Assembly (NCBI GenBank): GCA_017406175.1
Contig: JAFQZB010000316.1
Span: 1 to 53,274 of the forward strand
From: Selenomonadaceae bacterium
Lineage (GTDB): Bacteria > Bacillota > Negativicutes > Selenomonadales > Selenomonadaceae
DNA: 53,274 nucleotides
Direction: 5' to 3'
A program made the translations under genes and the position numbers. This document shows, one piece after another, positions 36,791 through 45,696 of the stretch. The notes below the pieces were generated by a model, which was given only the letters and a program-made list of their open reading frames with translations, was not told where the DNA came from and did not search any database. Position 1 is the first letter of the stretch. Each line of letters opens with the position of its first letter.

Positions 36791-39700
36791 ATGCCATTCA
36801 ATCGCCCGACGATGAAAAAAGCTTTGAGCGTGCCGAAGGTGCAAATCCCCGCGCTCGTCAAGCAAACGACCATTGCAAATATCGCGCCCGCTACCGCCAA
36901 AGTCAAAGCCGACATCCTCAACCTTGCCGAGAACATCAAGCCCGTCGCGGACAAAACGTTTGTCATGATGAAAAATAAAAAGGTTTGGTTCGACAGGAAC
37001 AACGCCGCCATTTATCCCAAGTTTGAGCATTTCACTCTGCCCGAATTCAAAACCAAAGGTCAGCCGTCGAAAAATTATAGCGTCGACTTTGAAGGTTTTC
37101 ACTTCGTAGGAATGACTCGCCGCGAAGGTCTCAACAGCTTTACTCAACTTGAACGCAATCCCTATCTACAGGACGACGGCAACTTTAGGAACTTTCCGAA
37201 CTCCCAAAATAGATTCGCCGGTGTTTTGACGGGCGACCTTAAACCAGAGGGCGGCGTTTGGTGCGTTCATTCAGATGGCTCTATTGATGGTTGGAACGAC
37301 GACGAAAACTTTTTTACATTAGTGCCGATTAGTCACTTAAAAGGCAAGGACAGCAGACGCATTGACTTTTTCGAGGCGGTGTGGCTGTGGTTGAAGAATG
37401 GACTTATTCCCAAAGGCATGAACGCCGAAGACGAGCGCGAATTCCTCCGAATCATTAACGAGTATAAAAATTTCTTCTCTTATCTTGACTTCAACGATAA
37501 CGAACTCCGCCTTGCCGAAAACATCAGCGGAGATTTGTCTGCTCTCGTTGCGGAACTTTCAAGCATCGTCAATAAAACTTTCGTGATGATGAAGAACAAG
37601 CAAGTTTGGTTCGACAGGAACAACGCTGCACTTTATCCCAAGTTCGAGCATTTCACTCTGCCCGAATTCCAAGCTAAAGGTCAGCTGTCGAAAAATTACA
37701 GCGTCGACTTCGAGGGCTTTCATTTTGTGGGAATGATGCGCCGCGAAGGTTTGAACAGTTTTACTTGCCTTGAACGCAATCCCTATTTGCAGGACGATAA
37801 AACTTTTAGAAACTTTCCAATGAAACACAATACATCTGTAATGACAAGCGATATTCGCTCTGATAGCAGAGTATATGTTATTTATCCATGGTATGGTTTA
37901 TCTCATTGGGGAGATACTAGTACAACTGCATTGGTTCCGATTAGTCGTTTGAAGGGCATAAACAGCGGGCGCGTTGGTTTTGTCGAGGCGGTCTGTCTTT
38001 GGCTGAAGAACGGACTTGTTCCCGAAGGCTTGAGCACGGAGCTTGAAAAGAAATATACGGACTTCATGAGCCGCCCTAATCTACAAGCGACGATAAATGA
38101 GTTCTTCAACGAAATGACGCGACTAAAACTTTCTGCGGCGGCGATAACCTTTGACGGCGACCGCTTTAAAAGGGACGTGCTCGGCGGAAAGTTCACGGCG
38201 AAAGTTTTTGATTACGATTTCGACATAAAAGGGACGCTCGAAGGTATCATGGACGGTTCGCGGCAGTATACAGGCTCGGTTGCGTCGCTCAAGCAAGAAC
38301 TTTTGAACTGCGACTTCAAACGCGCAAACATTGAGCCCTATGACGAACGACTGCTAATTGATGTTAATCGCGGACATTGGGAGCTATTCGAGGACTCGGC
38401 GAAGGATTCAATTCAAGTACAGTTGCCCGCCGCTGAAATGCTCGTGGCTCGTCCGCCTCAACTCGACGTGCGACTTAATGGCATTTGCGCAATCGACTTC
38501 GGCACCAAAAATACAATCGTAGTTTGCCGCGACGGTGAATCACGTATGCTGAGGATTGGCAAGGGCGACTATTCCAAAGCCCCGACTGTCGACGACTTCC
38601 AAAATCCGACCGTGATTGAACTGCGCGACCTGCAAAACTTCTTGGCGGCGTATCGTCAGCGGACAGGGCGACCCTTCACGGAATGGAATCAAGTTACGGT
38701 CTCTCACAAGGCGGCGGAGGCAATCTTCAAAGAAAACGTCGGCTCCTCGGTTTATAATTCGGTCTTCAGCGAGCTAAAGCAGTGGGCTAAGGACGAGCAA
38801 AGCTATCCCGTGCTAAAGGACTTGCAAGGGGCGATTCAGGAGATTAAACCCTACCTTGAAACGGATTCGATTGACGCGGGCGACTTCGACCCCATTGAGC
38901 TTTACGCCTATTACCTCGGACTTTATATCAACAACATGCACCGGCAGATTTATTTGGATTATATCTTGTCGTATCCGGTCAATTACAGGAAGGACGTTCG
39001 CGAGCACATTCGCCAGAGCTTTGAACGCGGGCTAAGGAAATCACTGCCGCCCGCCCTGCTTGCCGACGAAGAGCTTATGAAACGTTTCCGCGTGTATTTG
39101 GGAGCCAGCGAGCCAGCCGCCTATGCAATTAGTGCTTTGGAGGGTTTCAAGCTTGAGCCTAAGAACACCGACGATAAGATTGCTTACGGGGTGTTCGACT
39201 TCGGGGGCGGCACCACGGATTTTGACTTTGGGATTGAGTACGTGCCGGAGAATCACCGCCGCAACTTTATCATTGAGCAATTTGGGTTCAATGGCGATGC
39301 TCTGCTTGGCGGCGAAAATATTTTGGAGTTGCTAGCCTATGAAGTCTACAAAGACAACTTGCAGGAGATGCGCAGTAAAAAAATTCCGTTCGCGTTGCCG
39401 GCGGGCTGTGAAGTCTTCGCGGGAGCCGAGACGCTTGTAAGTCGCACGCGGGATTCAGCGGCGCACATGAACAATCGGATACTCGCCGAGGCATTGCGCC
39501 CGATTTGGGAGAACACCGACCGCACTAAGCTGACCGAAGACGCCCTGCCCTTGAAACTGTTTGCTAAGGAATCAGTGCCCGTCACGCTGAAAATTGACGT
39601 TGACAAGTTAGACGGGCTGATTGAGCGGCGGATACGTGAAGGCGTCGTGAATTTCTTCCAGTCGCTAAAAGTTGCGTTCGCGGGCAAGGACATTTCCCCG

Positions 39701-40495
39701 ATTCACATTTTCCTTGCGGGCAATTCGTGCCGTTCGCCGGTAGTCAGGAAGATTTTCGACGAATTCATCAGCCGCGAGGACGGAGAATTTATTCTGCACA
39801 TGCCGCTTGGTATGGACTTTGAAGCCGAACTGCTTGCCCTTGCCGATAAACTTTCCGCCGCTGAAAATATCATTCCCGCCGCGAAAGAAATTGCGACGTT
39901 GGCTAGGGAGATTGGAGCCACAGAACTTGCCGAGCTTGCGGAGGATAGCATTTCCAAAGCCGAACGAAACGAACGGAGCGACGACTTGGCGAACGCAATC
40001 AAAGCTTTCTTTGCCGATAAGAACAGTCAATCGAACGTCATGGAACTAGACAGGCAACGAACCGGCAAAACGGGCGTGGCGTTCGGGCTGATTCGCTGTC
40101 GACGCGGCGGCAAGGACATTCAGATTATTAATCGCAACGTCGACGCAAACGATGAGATGATTTTTCCGTACTTCCTCGGCGACGCGGGCAACGACGGCAA
40201 TACATTCACGGTAAAGATTGGGCGCGAAGTCGGCTACGGCGTTTGGACTTACTTTACGTTCGCTGACGAGCCGGAGTTTGAACTTTACTACACTACGGAG
40301 CCGCGAGCCTTGAAGGGCGACCTAGCCGCCGATAAGGTTAAGATGGTTCACTGCTTGCTTGACGACACCAGCGACGATGAGGATTTTGGCGTTTACGTCC
40401 GAAAAGTCACGCCGAATCAGATTGAATACGCCGTCGGGCGAGCGGAAGACTTCAAAGATAATTTCAGCGGAAAAATTTATCGGCAGGCGTTGTAA
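36791..40495 (+). CDS. 1234-aa protein: tandem duplicated unknown N-terminal domains plus an Hsp70/actin-fold (ASKHA) ATPase domain
   Basis: SD AAGGAG upstream. ASKHA motifs occur in canonical order: ICAIDFGTKNT, YGVFDFGGGTTDFDFG, GDALLGGENI, IHIFLAGNSCRSPVV, TGKTGVAFGL. No Hsp70 substrate-binding domain is recognisable. Confidence 0.75.
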   Translation: MPFNRPTMKKALSVPKVQIPALVKQTTIANIAPATAKVKADILNLAENIKPVADKTFVMMKNKKVWFDRNNAAIYPKFEHFTLPEFKTKGQPSKNYSVDFEGFHFVGMTRREGLNSFTQLERNPYLQDDGNFRNFPNSQNRFAGVLTGDLKPEGGVWCVHSDGSIDGWNDDENFFTLVPISHLKGKDSRRIDFFEAVWLWLKNGLIPKGMNAEDEREFLRIINEYKNFFSYLDFNDNELRLAENISGDLSALVAELSSIVNKTFVMMKNKQVWFDRNNAALYPKFEHFTLPEFQAKGQLSKNYSVDFEGFHFVGMMRREGLNSFTCLERNPYLQDDKTFRNFPMKHNTSVMTSDIRSDSRVYVIYPWYGLSHWGDTSTTALVPISRLKGINSGRVGFVEAVCLWLKNGLVPEGLSTELEKKYTDFMSRPNLQATINEFFNEMTRLKLSAAAITFDGDRFKRDVLGGKFTAKVFDYDFDIKGTLEGIMDGSRQYTGSVASLKQELLNCDFKRANIEPYDERLLIDVNRGHWELFEDSAKDSIQVQLPAAEMLVARPPQLDVRLNGICAIDFGTKNTIVVCRDGESRMLRIGKGDYSKAPTVDDFQNPTVIELRDLQNFLAAYRQRTGRPFTEWNQVTVSHKAAEAIFKENVGSSVYNSVFSELKQWAKDEQSYPVLKDLQGAIQEIKPYLETDSIDAGDFDPIELYAYYLGLYINNMHRQIYLDYILSYPVNYRKDVREHIRQSFERGLRKSLPPALLADEELMKRFRVYLGASEPAAYAISALEGFKLEPKNTDDKIAYGVFDFGGGTTDFDFGIEYVPENHRRNFIIEQFGFNGDALLGGENILELLAYEVYKDNLQEMRSKKIPFALPAGCEVFAGAETLVSRTRDSAAHMNNRILAEALRPIWENTDRTKLTEDALPLKLFAKESVPVTLKIDVDKLDGLIERRIREGVVNFFQSLKVAFAGKDISPIHIFLAGNSCRSPVVRKIFDEFISREDGEFILHMPLGMDFEAELLALADKLSAAENIIPAAKEIATLAREIGATELAELAEDSISKAERNERSDDLANAIKAFFADKNSQSNVMELDRQRTGKTGVAFGLIRCRRGGKDIQIINRNVDANDEMIFPYFLGDAGNDGNTFTVKIGREVGYGVWTYFTFADEPEFELYYTTEPRALKGDLAADKVKMVHCLLDDTSDDEDFGVYVRKVTPNQIEYAVGRAEDFKDNFSGKIYRQAL
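36917..38080 (+). repeat. Intragenic tandem duplication of ~590 bp (aa 43-239 versus 240-430)
   Basis: 36953-37195 and 37574-37810 encode near-identical sequence (KTFVMMKNK.VWFDRNNAA.YPKFEHFTLPEF...LERNPYLQDD). DNA differences are mainly at third codon positions. Confidence 0.9.
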
Positions 40496-40570
40496 GGTTC
40501 AATCGGCAGGAAAAAGGCGGCATGGGCAGAATAACCTTCCAAACAATATCACTTTGCGAGGAGATTATTG

Positions 40571-41095
40571 ATGAACTCAATCATTGGTCAGGAAGTAAGA
40601 AGTTGGATAATTTCAATCGTGTCGGCAATCGTGGTCGCGCTGTTGATTAGAACTTTTATCGTGGAACTGTATGTAGTGGACGGACCGAGTATGCAACCGA
40701 CGCTACAGGACGGCGAGCGGTTGGTCGTCAACAAGTTCATTTATCATTGGCGAGACCCGTTAAAAGGCGAGGTCGTCATCTTCCGCTATCCGCGAGACCA
40801 CAGCCGCGACTTTATTAAGCGCGTGATTGCCGTCGGCGGAGACACGATTGAAATTAAGGACGGGCATGTTTTGGTTAATGATGCGATTGTCAACGAGGAT
40901 TACATTGCCGAGAAGACGCGCACCGAGTATCCCAAGCAGACCGTGCCCGAAGGAACTTTGTTTGTGTGCGGAGACAATCGGCGGAACTCTTTGGATTCGC
41001 GGTTCCCTGACGTGGGTTTTGTTCCGCTGGAGCTTGTCAAAGGGAAGGCGACGTTAATTTTTTGGCCGATAGCGAACGCCGCCGCACTTCCGTAA
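40571..41095 (+). CDS. lepB: Signal peptidase I
   Basis: GPSMQPTL (catalytic Ser), KRVIAVGGDTIE (Lys) and GDNRRNSLDSR motifs. Confidence 0.92.
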   Translation: MNSIIGQEVRSWIISIVSAIVVALLIRTFIVELYVVDGPSMQPTLQDGERLVVNKFIYHWRDPLKGEVVIFRYPRDHSRDFIKRVIAVGGDTIEIKDGHVLVNDAIVNEDYIAEKTRTEYPKQTVPEGTLFVCGDNRRNSLDSRFPDVGFVPLELVKGKATLIFWPIANAAALP

Positions 41096-41108
41096 TCTTT
41101 CGAGAGGG

Positions 41109-42065
41109 GTGAGCTTTTTGGAAAGAGTTGCAGTAAGTTTATTGGGCAAGAGCGTCGTTGCGATGGAAAATTTTTCGGCGGAGGAGATTCGGCTCGTCTT
41201 GGACACGGCGTATAAGATGAAGCAAATCATTCGACGCGGCGGCGACAAGAAGTTATCGAACCTTCGCGGCAAGTCGATAGTCAATCTGTTCTATGAGCCG
41301 TCGACTAGGACGCGGACATCATTTGAGCTGGCGGGCAAGTATCTTGGCGCGGACGTGGTTAGCATTAACAGCGGCACAAGTTCAATCGTCAAGGGTGAGA
41401 GCCTCCGCGACACGTTACGGACGATTGAGGCAATGGGCGTTGATGCAATCGTCATGCGGCACAAGTCAGAGGGGGCGGCGGACTTCGCGACGCGTGCAGT
41501 TAAGCCCGTGATAATCAATGCTGGCGACGGAGCACACGCGCACCCCTCGCAAGCACTGCTGGACTTATTCACGATTGAACAGCGCAAAGGACGCCTAGCC
41601 GGTCTCAAGGTCGCAATCGTCGGAGATATTCTGCACAGCCGCGTTGCCCGTTCGGACGTCTACGCAATGACTAAGGTCGGGATTGAAGTTCACCTTGCCG
41701 GACCGAAGACGCTACTGCCGAGGTTCTTTGACTTTGACGGCGTGACGGTTCATGAAAGCCTTGACGAGGCGATAACGGGAGCCGACGTGATTAACGTCCT
41801 GCGAATTCAACTGGAACGACAGCAAGCGGGGCTTTTCCCGTCAACCAGAGAATATGCGCGGGTCTTCGGCATAAACGACGCACGTTTGAGCCTAGCAAAG
41901 GACGATGTGTTAATCCTGCACCCTGGTCCACAGAACAAAGGCTTAGAGATTTCGTCGGAGGTCACTTACTGCGAACAGTCAGCGATTCAAGAGCAAGTTC
42001 AAAACGGCGTGGCGATTCGTATGGCGTTGCTCGACTTGACATTGAACGGAGGCAGCGCGAAATGA
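41109..42065 (+). CDS. pyrB: Aspartate carbamoyltransferase catalytic subunit
   Basis: FYEPSTRTRTSFE, HPSQALLD and HPGP motifs. The start (GTG at 41109 or TTG at 41118) is uncertain. Confidence 0.93.
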   Translation: MSFLERVAVSLLGKSVVAMENFSAEEIRLVLDTAYKMKQIIRRGGDKKLSNLRGKSIVNLFYEPSTRTRTSFELAGKYLGADVVSINSGTSSIVKGESLRDTLRTIEAMGVDAIVMRHKSEGAADFATRAVKPVIINAGDGAHAHPSQALLDLFTIEQRKGRLAGLKVAIVGDILHSRVARSDVYAMTKVGIEVHLAGPKTLLPRFFDFDGVTVHESLDEAITGADVINVLRIQLERQQAGLFPSTREYARVFGINDARLSLAKDDVLILHPGPQNKGLEISSEVTYCEQSAIQEQVQNGVAIRMALLDLTLNGGSAK

Positions 42066-42526
42066 AATTTATCCTAACCGAAAGAGGTAACGAAGCTATC
42101 AGCCTCGCGTTCGTGAAAGACTTCGCCATTGAGCGCGTCGTTTATCAGGACAACACAACCGGCTCTCACGTGATTGCGGAGCTTGATGACGATGACGACG
42201 TCACCATAAAAATTTTTGAATCGGAAGACGCGGACGGGAATTTTTCTGCGGCTAAAGCTTACATTGCGAAGCTCATCGAGAAGTTGAACATCGACGGGGC
42301 AAAATTTCTTCTTAGCGCGAGCGGCAATGAAGCTATCAATCTTATGTTCGTCAACACTTTCAACATCGGTCAGGTCGTTTATAATGACGCGGAAAAATTT
42401 TGCGTGGCGGCGGTTCTTTCCGATGAATCCCAAAAAACTATTTCAAAAGAATTCGACACTGCTACCGAGGCGGAAAAATTTTTGGCAGAACTCGTCGAAC
42501 AATTGAACGGAGGCGAGGCATTATGA
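42062..42526 (+). CDS. Hypothetical acidic protein made of two ~75-aa tandem repeats, embedded in the pyr operon
   Basis: ATGA overlaps at both ends. KFILTERGNEAISLAFVKDF... and KFLLSASGNEAINLMFVNTF... are clearly homologous halves. Confidence 0.6.
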   Translation: MKFILTERGNEAISLAFVKDFAIERVVYQDNTTGSHVIAELDDDDDVTIKIFESEDADGNFSAAKAYIAKLIEKLNIDGAKFLLSASGNEAINLMFVNTFNIGQVVYNDAEKFCVAAVLSDESQKTISKEFDTATEAEKFLAELVEQLNGGEAL

Positions 42527-43830
42527 ATCAAACGTGGCAATTCCAAAATAAGTTTCAATCGCTCGTCATTCGCGGCGGACGCGTGATTGACCCTGCTAAC
42601 GACTTCGACGGCGTGGCGGACGTGTTGATTGTCGACGGCAAGATTGCGGCAGTCGCGCCCGATATAAAATCTTCCGCGCAGATTGAATTCGACGCAACGG
42701 GAAAATTAGTTGTGCCCGGCTTGATTGATATGCATGTACACCTGCGCGAGCCGGGGCAAGAGGCTAAAGAAGACTTCATCAGCGGGGCAAAGGCGGCGAT
42801 TGCGGGCGGCTATACGACGGTTGCGACTATGCCGAATACTTCCCCAGTCGTCGATAATGCGGCTCTTGTCCGTTCGATGGTCAAGCGTGCCGAAGATGTC
42901 GGACTCGTCAACATAAAGATAATCGGAGCCGTCACCAAAGGTCAGCAAGGGCAGGAGCTTGCCGAGATGCGCGATATGATTGCGGCAGGTGCGGTTGCCT
43001 TCAGCGATGACGGACACTTTGACGACAACGCGAAGATTTTCCTTAACGCCTTGGATTATCTTCACGACACCGGCAAGCTTATCATCTGTCACGAGGAGGA
43101 AACGACTTTAGTTAAAGGTGGCGTCATGAACGAGGGCAAACGGTCTGCTTTGTTGGGCTTGAAGGGTCGCCCGACGGTCGCCGAAGATATTGCCGTTGCT
43201 CGCGACGTGTTGTTAGCGGAGTACACTGGCGGGCGCGTCCACATTGCCCATATCAGTTCGGCGCGAGCGGTCGAGATTGTCCGCGACGCTAAGAAACGCG
43301 GAGTAAAGGTTACGGCTGAAGTCACGCCCCAACACTTGACGATGACCGATGACTTGGTTAATCCTGCCGACGCCTCGACGAAGATTAATCCGCCGCTTAG
43401 AACTCAAGCCGACTGCGACGCTTGCTTAGTGGGATTGCTCGACGGGACGATTGATGCGATAGTCACTGACCATTCACCGCACGCACCAGAGGAAAAAGAC
43501 CGCGAGTACATCTACGCGCCGAGCGGCTTCCCAGGGCTTGAAACGAGCGTCGGCGTTTTGTTCACGGAACTTTATCACACGGGCAAGATTGACCTTCGGA
43601 CGCTGATTTCAAAGATGACAGCCGAGCCTGCAAAAATTTTCGGACTGGACGCCGGCACGTTATCAATCGACGCACCAGCCGATGTGACAATCATCGACCC
43701 CGAATTTATCTGGACAGTCGACGCGAAGAACTTTTACACTAAGGGAAGTCATTCGCCGTTCATCGGTCGCGAACTTAGAGGGCAAGCCGTCGCGACCATT
43801 GTTCGCGGCAACTTAAATAGGAGGTTCTGA
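42523..43830 (+). CDS. pyrC: Dihydroorotase
   Basis: [14 protein letters not shown] and DHSPH motifs in a 435-aa multifunctional-type DHOase. Confidence 0.92.
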   Translation: MNQTWQFQNKFQSLVIRGGRVIDPANDFDGVADVLIVDGKIAAVAPDIKSSAQIEFDATGKLVVPGLIDMHVHLREPGQEAKEDFISGAKAAIAGGYTTVATMPNTSPVVDNAALVRSMVKRAEDVGLVNIKIIGAVTKGQQGQELAEMRDMIAAGAVAFSDDGHFDDNAKIFLNALDYLHDTGKLIICHEEETTLVKGGVMNEGKRSALLGLKGRPTVAEDIAVARDVLLAEYTGGRVHIAHISSARAVEIVRDAKKRGVKVTAEVTPQHLTMTDDLVNPADASTKINPPLRTQADCDACLVGLLDGTIDAIVTDHSPHAPEEKDREYIYAPSGFPGLETSVGVLFTELYHTGKIDLRTLISKMTAEPAKIFGLDAGTLSIDAPADVTIIDPEFIWTVDAKNFYTKGSHSPFIGRELRGQAVATIVRGNLNRRF

Positions 43831-43831
43831 T

Positions 43832-45070
43832 ATGCAATCAATCGTTAAGGACATGGCATTAGCTCCGAGCGGGCACGCCAAAATTGAATGGGTAAAAAAC
43901 TTTATGCCAGTGATGTCGGCTATCGATAAGGAGTTTTCCGAGTCCAAACCTTTCGCGGGCAAGAGGATTTCGATAACCTTGCATCTTGAGGCGAAGACGG
44001 CTTATATGGCGGAAGTCTTCATGCACGCGGGCGCGGACGTCGTGATAACCGGCTCCAATCCGCTTTCCACTCAAGACGACGTGGCGGCGGCTCTAGCTGA
44101 AGACGGCGTAACTGTATTTGCTACTCATGGTTGCTCGCCCGAAGAGTACGACGACTATTTGAATAAGGCGGCGGACTTCGCGCCCGACATTTACATTGAC
44201 GACGGCGGCGACTTCACCGAGCTTATCCACACCAAACGCCGCGACGCCCTCCAAAAGATTATTGGCGGCTCCGAGGAAACTACAACGGGTGTATTGAGGC
44301 TTCGGGCTTTGGAACGACAAGGCAAGCTCGCCTTCCCGATGATTGCTGCTAATGACGCTTACTGCAAGTTCCTGTTCGATAATCGCTACGGCACGGGGCA
44401 ATCGACTTGGGATGGAATCATGCGCACGACTAATCTTGTTATCGCGGGCAAGACGGTTGTTATCGCGGGCTACGGCTGGTGCGGCAAAGGCGGCGCGATG
44501 CGTGCTAAGGGTTTGGGCGCGAACGTCATCATCACGGAAGTTGACCCGATTAAAGCGATTGAGGCGGTCTTCGACGGGTTCCGCGTTATGCCGATGATTG
44601 AGGCGGCTCCGCTCGGCGATATTTTCCTGACTTTGACGGGCGACAAGGACGTTATCACCGGCGAACACTATCCTCTGATGAAAAACGGAGCAATGCTCGC
44701 TAATGCTGGGCATTTCGACGTTGAAATTAATATTCCGCAACTCGAAGCGCAATCCGTGAGCCGCAAAGTCGTCCGCAACAACGTCGAGGAATTTTTACAG
44801 CACGACGGACGCAAGATTTATCTTTTGGCAGAAGGTCGGCTGGTAAATCTGGCTTCGGGCGACGGGCACCCCGCTGAAATCATGGATTTAAGCTTTGCCG
44901 TTCAATTCTTCAGCGCGGCGCACATTCTCCACAATCACACAAAGCTTGAGAACAAAGTTTACCTCATGCCCGAAGAAATCAATACAAAAATTGCCGAAAT
45001 CAAATTGGAATCAATCGGCGTGAAAATCGACACCCTAACCGACGAGCAAAGAGCTTATCTCGGCTTATGA
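43832..45070 (+). CDS. ahcY: Adenosylhomocysteinase
   Basis: [21 protein letters not shown] and the NAD-binding GYGWCGKG motif. Confidence 0.92.
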   Translation: MQSIVKDMALAPSGHAKIEWVKNFMPVMSAIDKEFSESKPFAGKRISITLHLEAKTAYMAEVFMHAGADVVITGSNPLSTQDDVAAALAEDGVTVFATHGCSPEEYDDYLNKAADFAPDIYIDDGGDFTELIHTKRRDALQKIIGGSEETTTGVLRLRALERQGKLAFPMIAANDAYCKFLFDNRYGTGQSTWDGIMRTTNLVIAGKTVVIAGYGWCGKGGAMRAKGLGANVIITEVDPIKAIEAVFDGFRVMPMIEAAPLGDIFLTLTGDKDVITGEHYPLMKNGAMLANAGHFDVEINIPQLEAQSVSRKVVRNNVEEFLQHDGRKIYLLAEGRLVNLASGDGHPAEIMDLSFAVQFFSAAHILHNHTKLENKVYLMPEEINTKIAEIKLESIGVKIDTLTDEQRAYLGL

Positions 45071-45408
45071 AAACTTCAATTGACGGGCGGCTTTTCGAGT
45101 GGGACGACGCCAAAAATAAAATTAACAAGATTAAACACGGCATCAACTTCAAGACGGCGGCGCGGGTTTTCAGCGACCCGTATCTCATTGAAGAATACGA
45201 CGAAGAGCATTCTACAGATGAAGACAGATGGAAAATTATTGGTATGGTTGACGATGTTTTATTTGTTATTTATACCAACCGCGACGAAAAAATACGATTG
45301 ATTTCTGCTCGTGAAGCGACCGAACAAGAAAGGGGAAGATATTATGGCAACCGTATTTTACTACTTACCAAATCCGCCGCCGCCGCTGACGGAAGAGGAA
45401 AAAGCTGA
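45067..45408 (+). CDS. brnT: BrnT-family (DUF497) type II toxin
   Basis: [29 protein letters not shown]...EDRWKIIG...[13 protein letters not shown] matches the BrnT pattern. The start overlaps the ahcY stop (ATGA). Confidence 0.8.
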   Translation: MKTSIDGRLFEWDDAKNKINKIKHGINFKTAARVFSDPYLIEEYDEEHSTDEDRWKIIGMVDDVLFVIYTNRDEKIRLISAREATEQERGRYYGNRILLLTKSAAAADGRGKS

Positions 45409-45592
45409 ACTTGCCGCCCTAAAAGACCGTCCGATTACTTACGACGAGGATTGCCCGCCAATGACTGAGGAACAACTCGACGAACTCGATTATCTTATGC
45501 GCAAGTATAAAACGCGACGCATTACCAAAGAAATAAAGATGAAAGAATTCCCCGAACGTTTTCAAAAGCATAAATCAGAGGCAGCAGGATAA
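45344..45592 (+). CDS. BrnA/DUF4415-like antitoxin
   Basis: The ATG at 45344 follows SD AAAGGGGA. The acidic DRPITYDEDCPPMTEEQLDE segment is typical of BrnA-like partners. It overlaps the toxin ORF tail. Confidence 0.6.
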   Translation: MATVFYYLPNPPPPLTEEEKAELAALKDRPITYDEDCPPMTEEQLDELDYLMRKYKTRRITKEIKMKEFPERFQKHKSEAAG

Positions 45593-45605
45593 AAATTCTT
45601 TCGCG

Positions 45606-45629
45606 GGCGTCTTCGGACGCCTATTTTTT
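45606..45629 (+). terminator. Rho-independent terminator ending the long plus-strand gene string
   Basis: GGCGTC-TTCG-GACGCC followed by TATTTTTTATTTTT. Confidence 0.7.
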
Positions 45630-45642
45630 ATTTTTGGCAACG

Positions 45643-45678
45643 AAAAACCCTCCGACTTGTCGCCGAAGGGCTTTTTTT
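45643..45678 (-). terminator. Bidirectional terminator after GG-leader gene 2
   Basis: On the minus strand: GCCCTTCGGCGACAAGTCGGAGGG followed by TTTTT. Nearly the same hairpin follows gene 3 at 50775-50806. Confidence 0.65.
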
Positions 45679-45696
45679 AATGTTTTGCGTTATGAA

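Noticed and set aside
36953-37810. I considered whether the two near-identical blocks in the giant ATPase gene are a DGR template/variable repeat pair.
   Set aside because: Mismatches between the copies involve all four bases and are mostly synonymous third-position changes, not adenine-specific substitutions. No reverse transcriptase gene is nearby.
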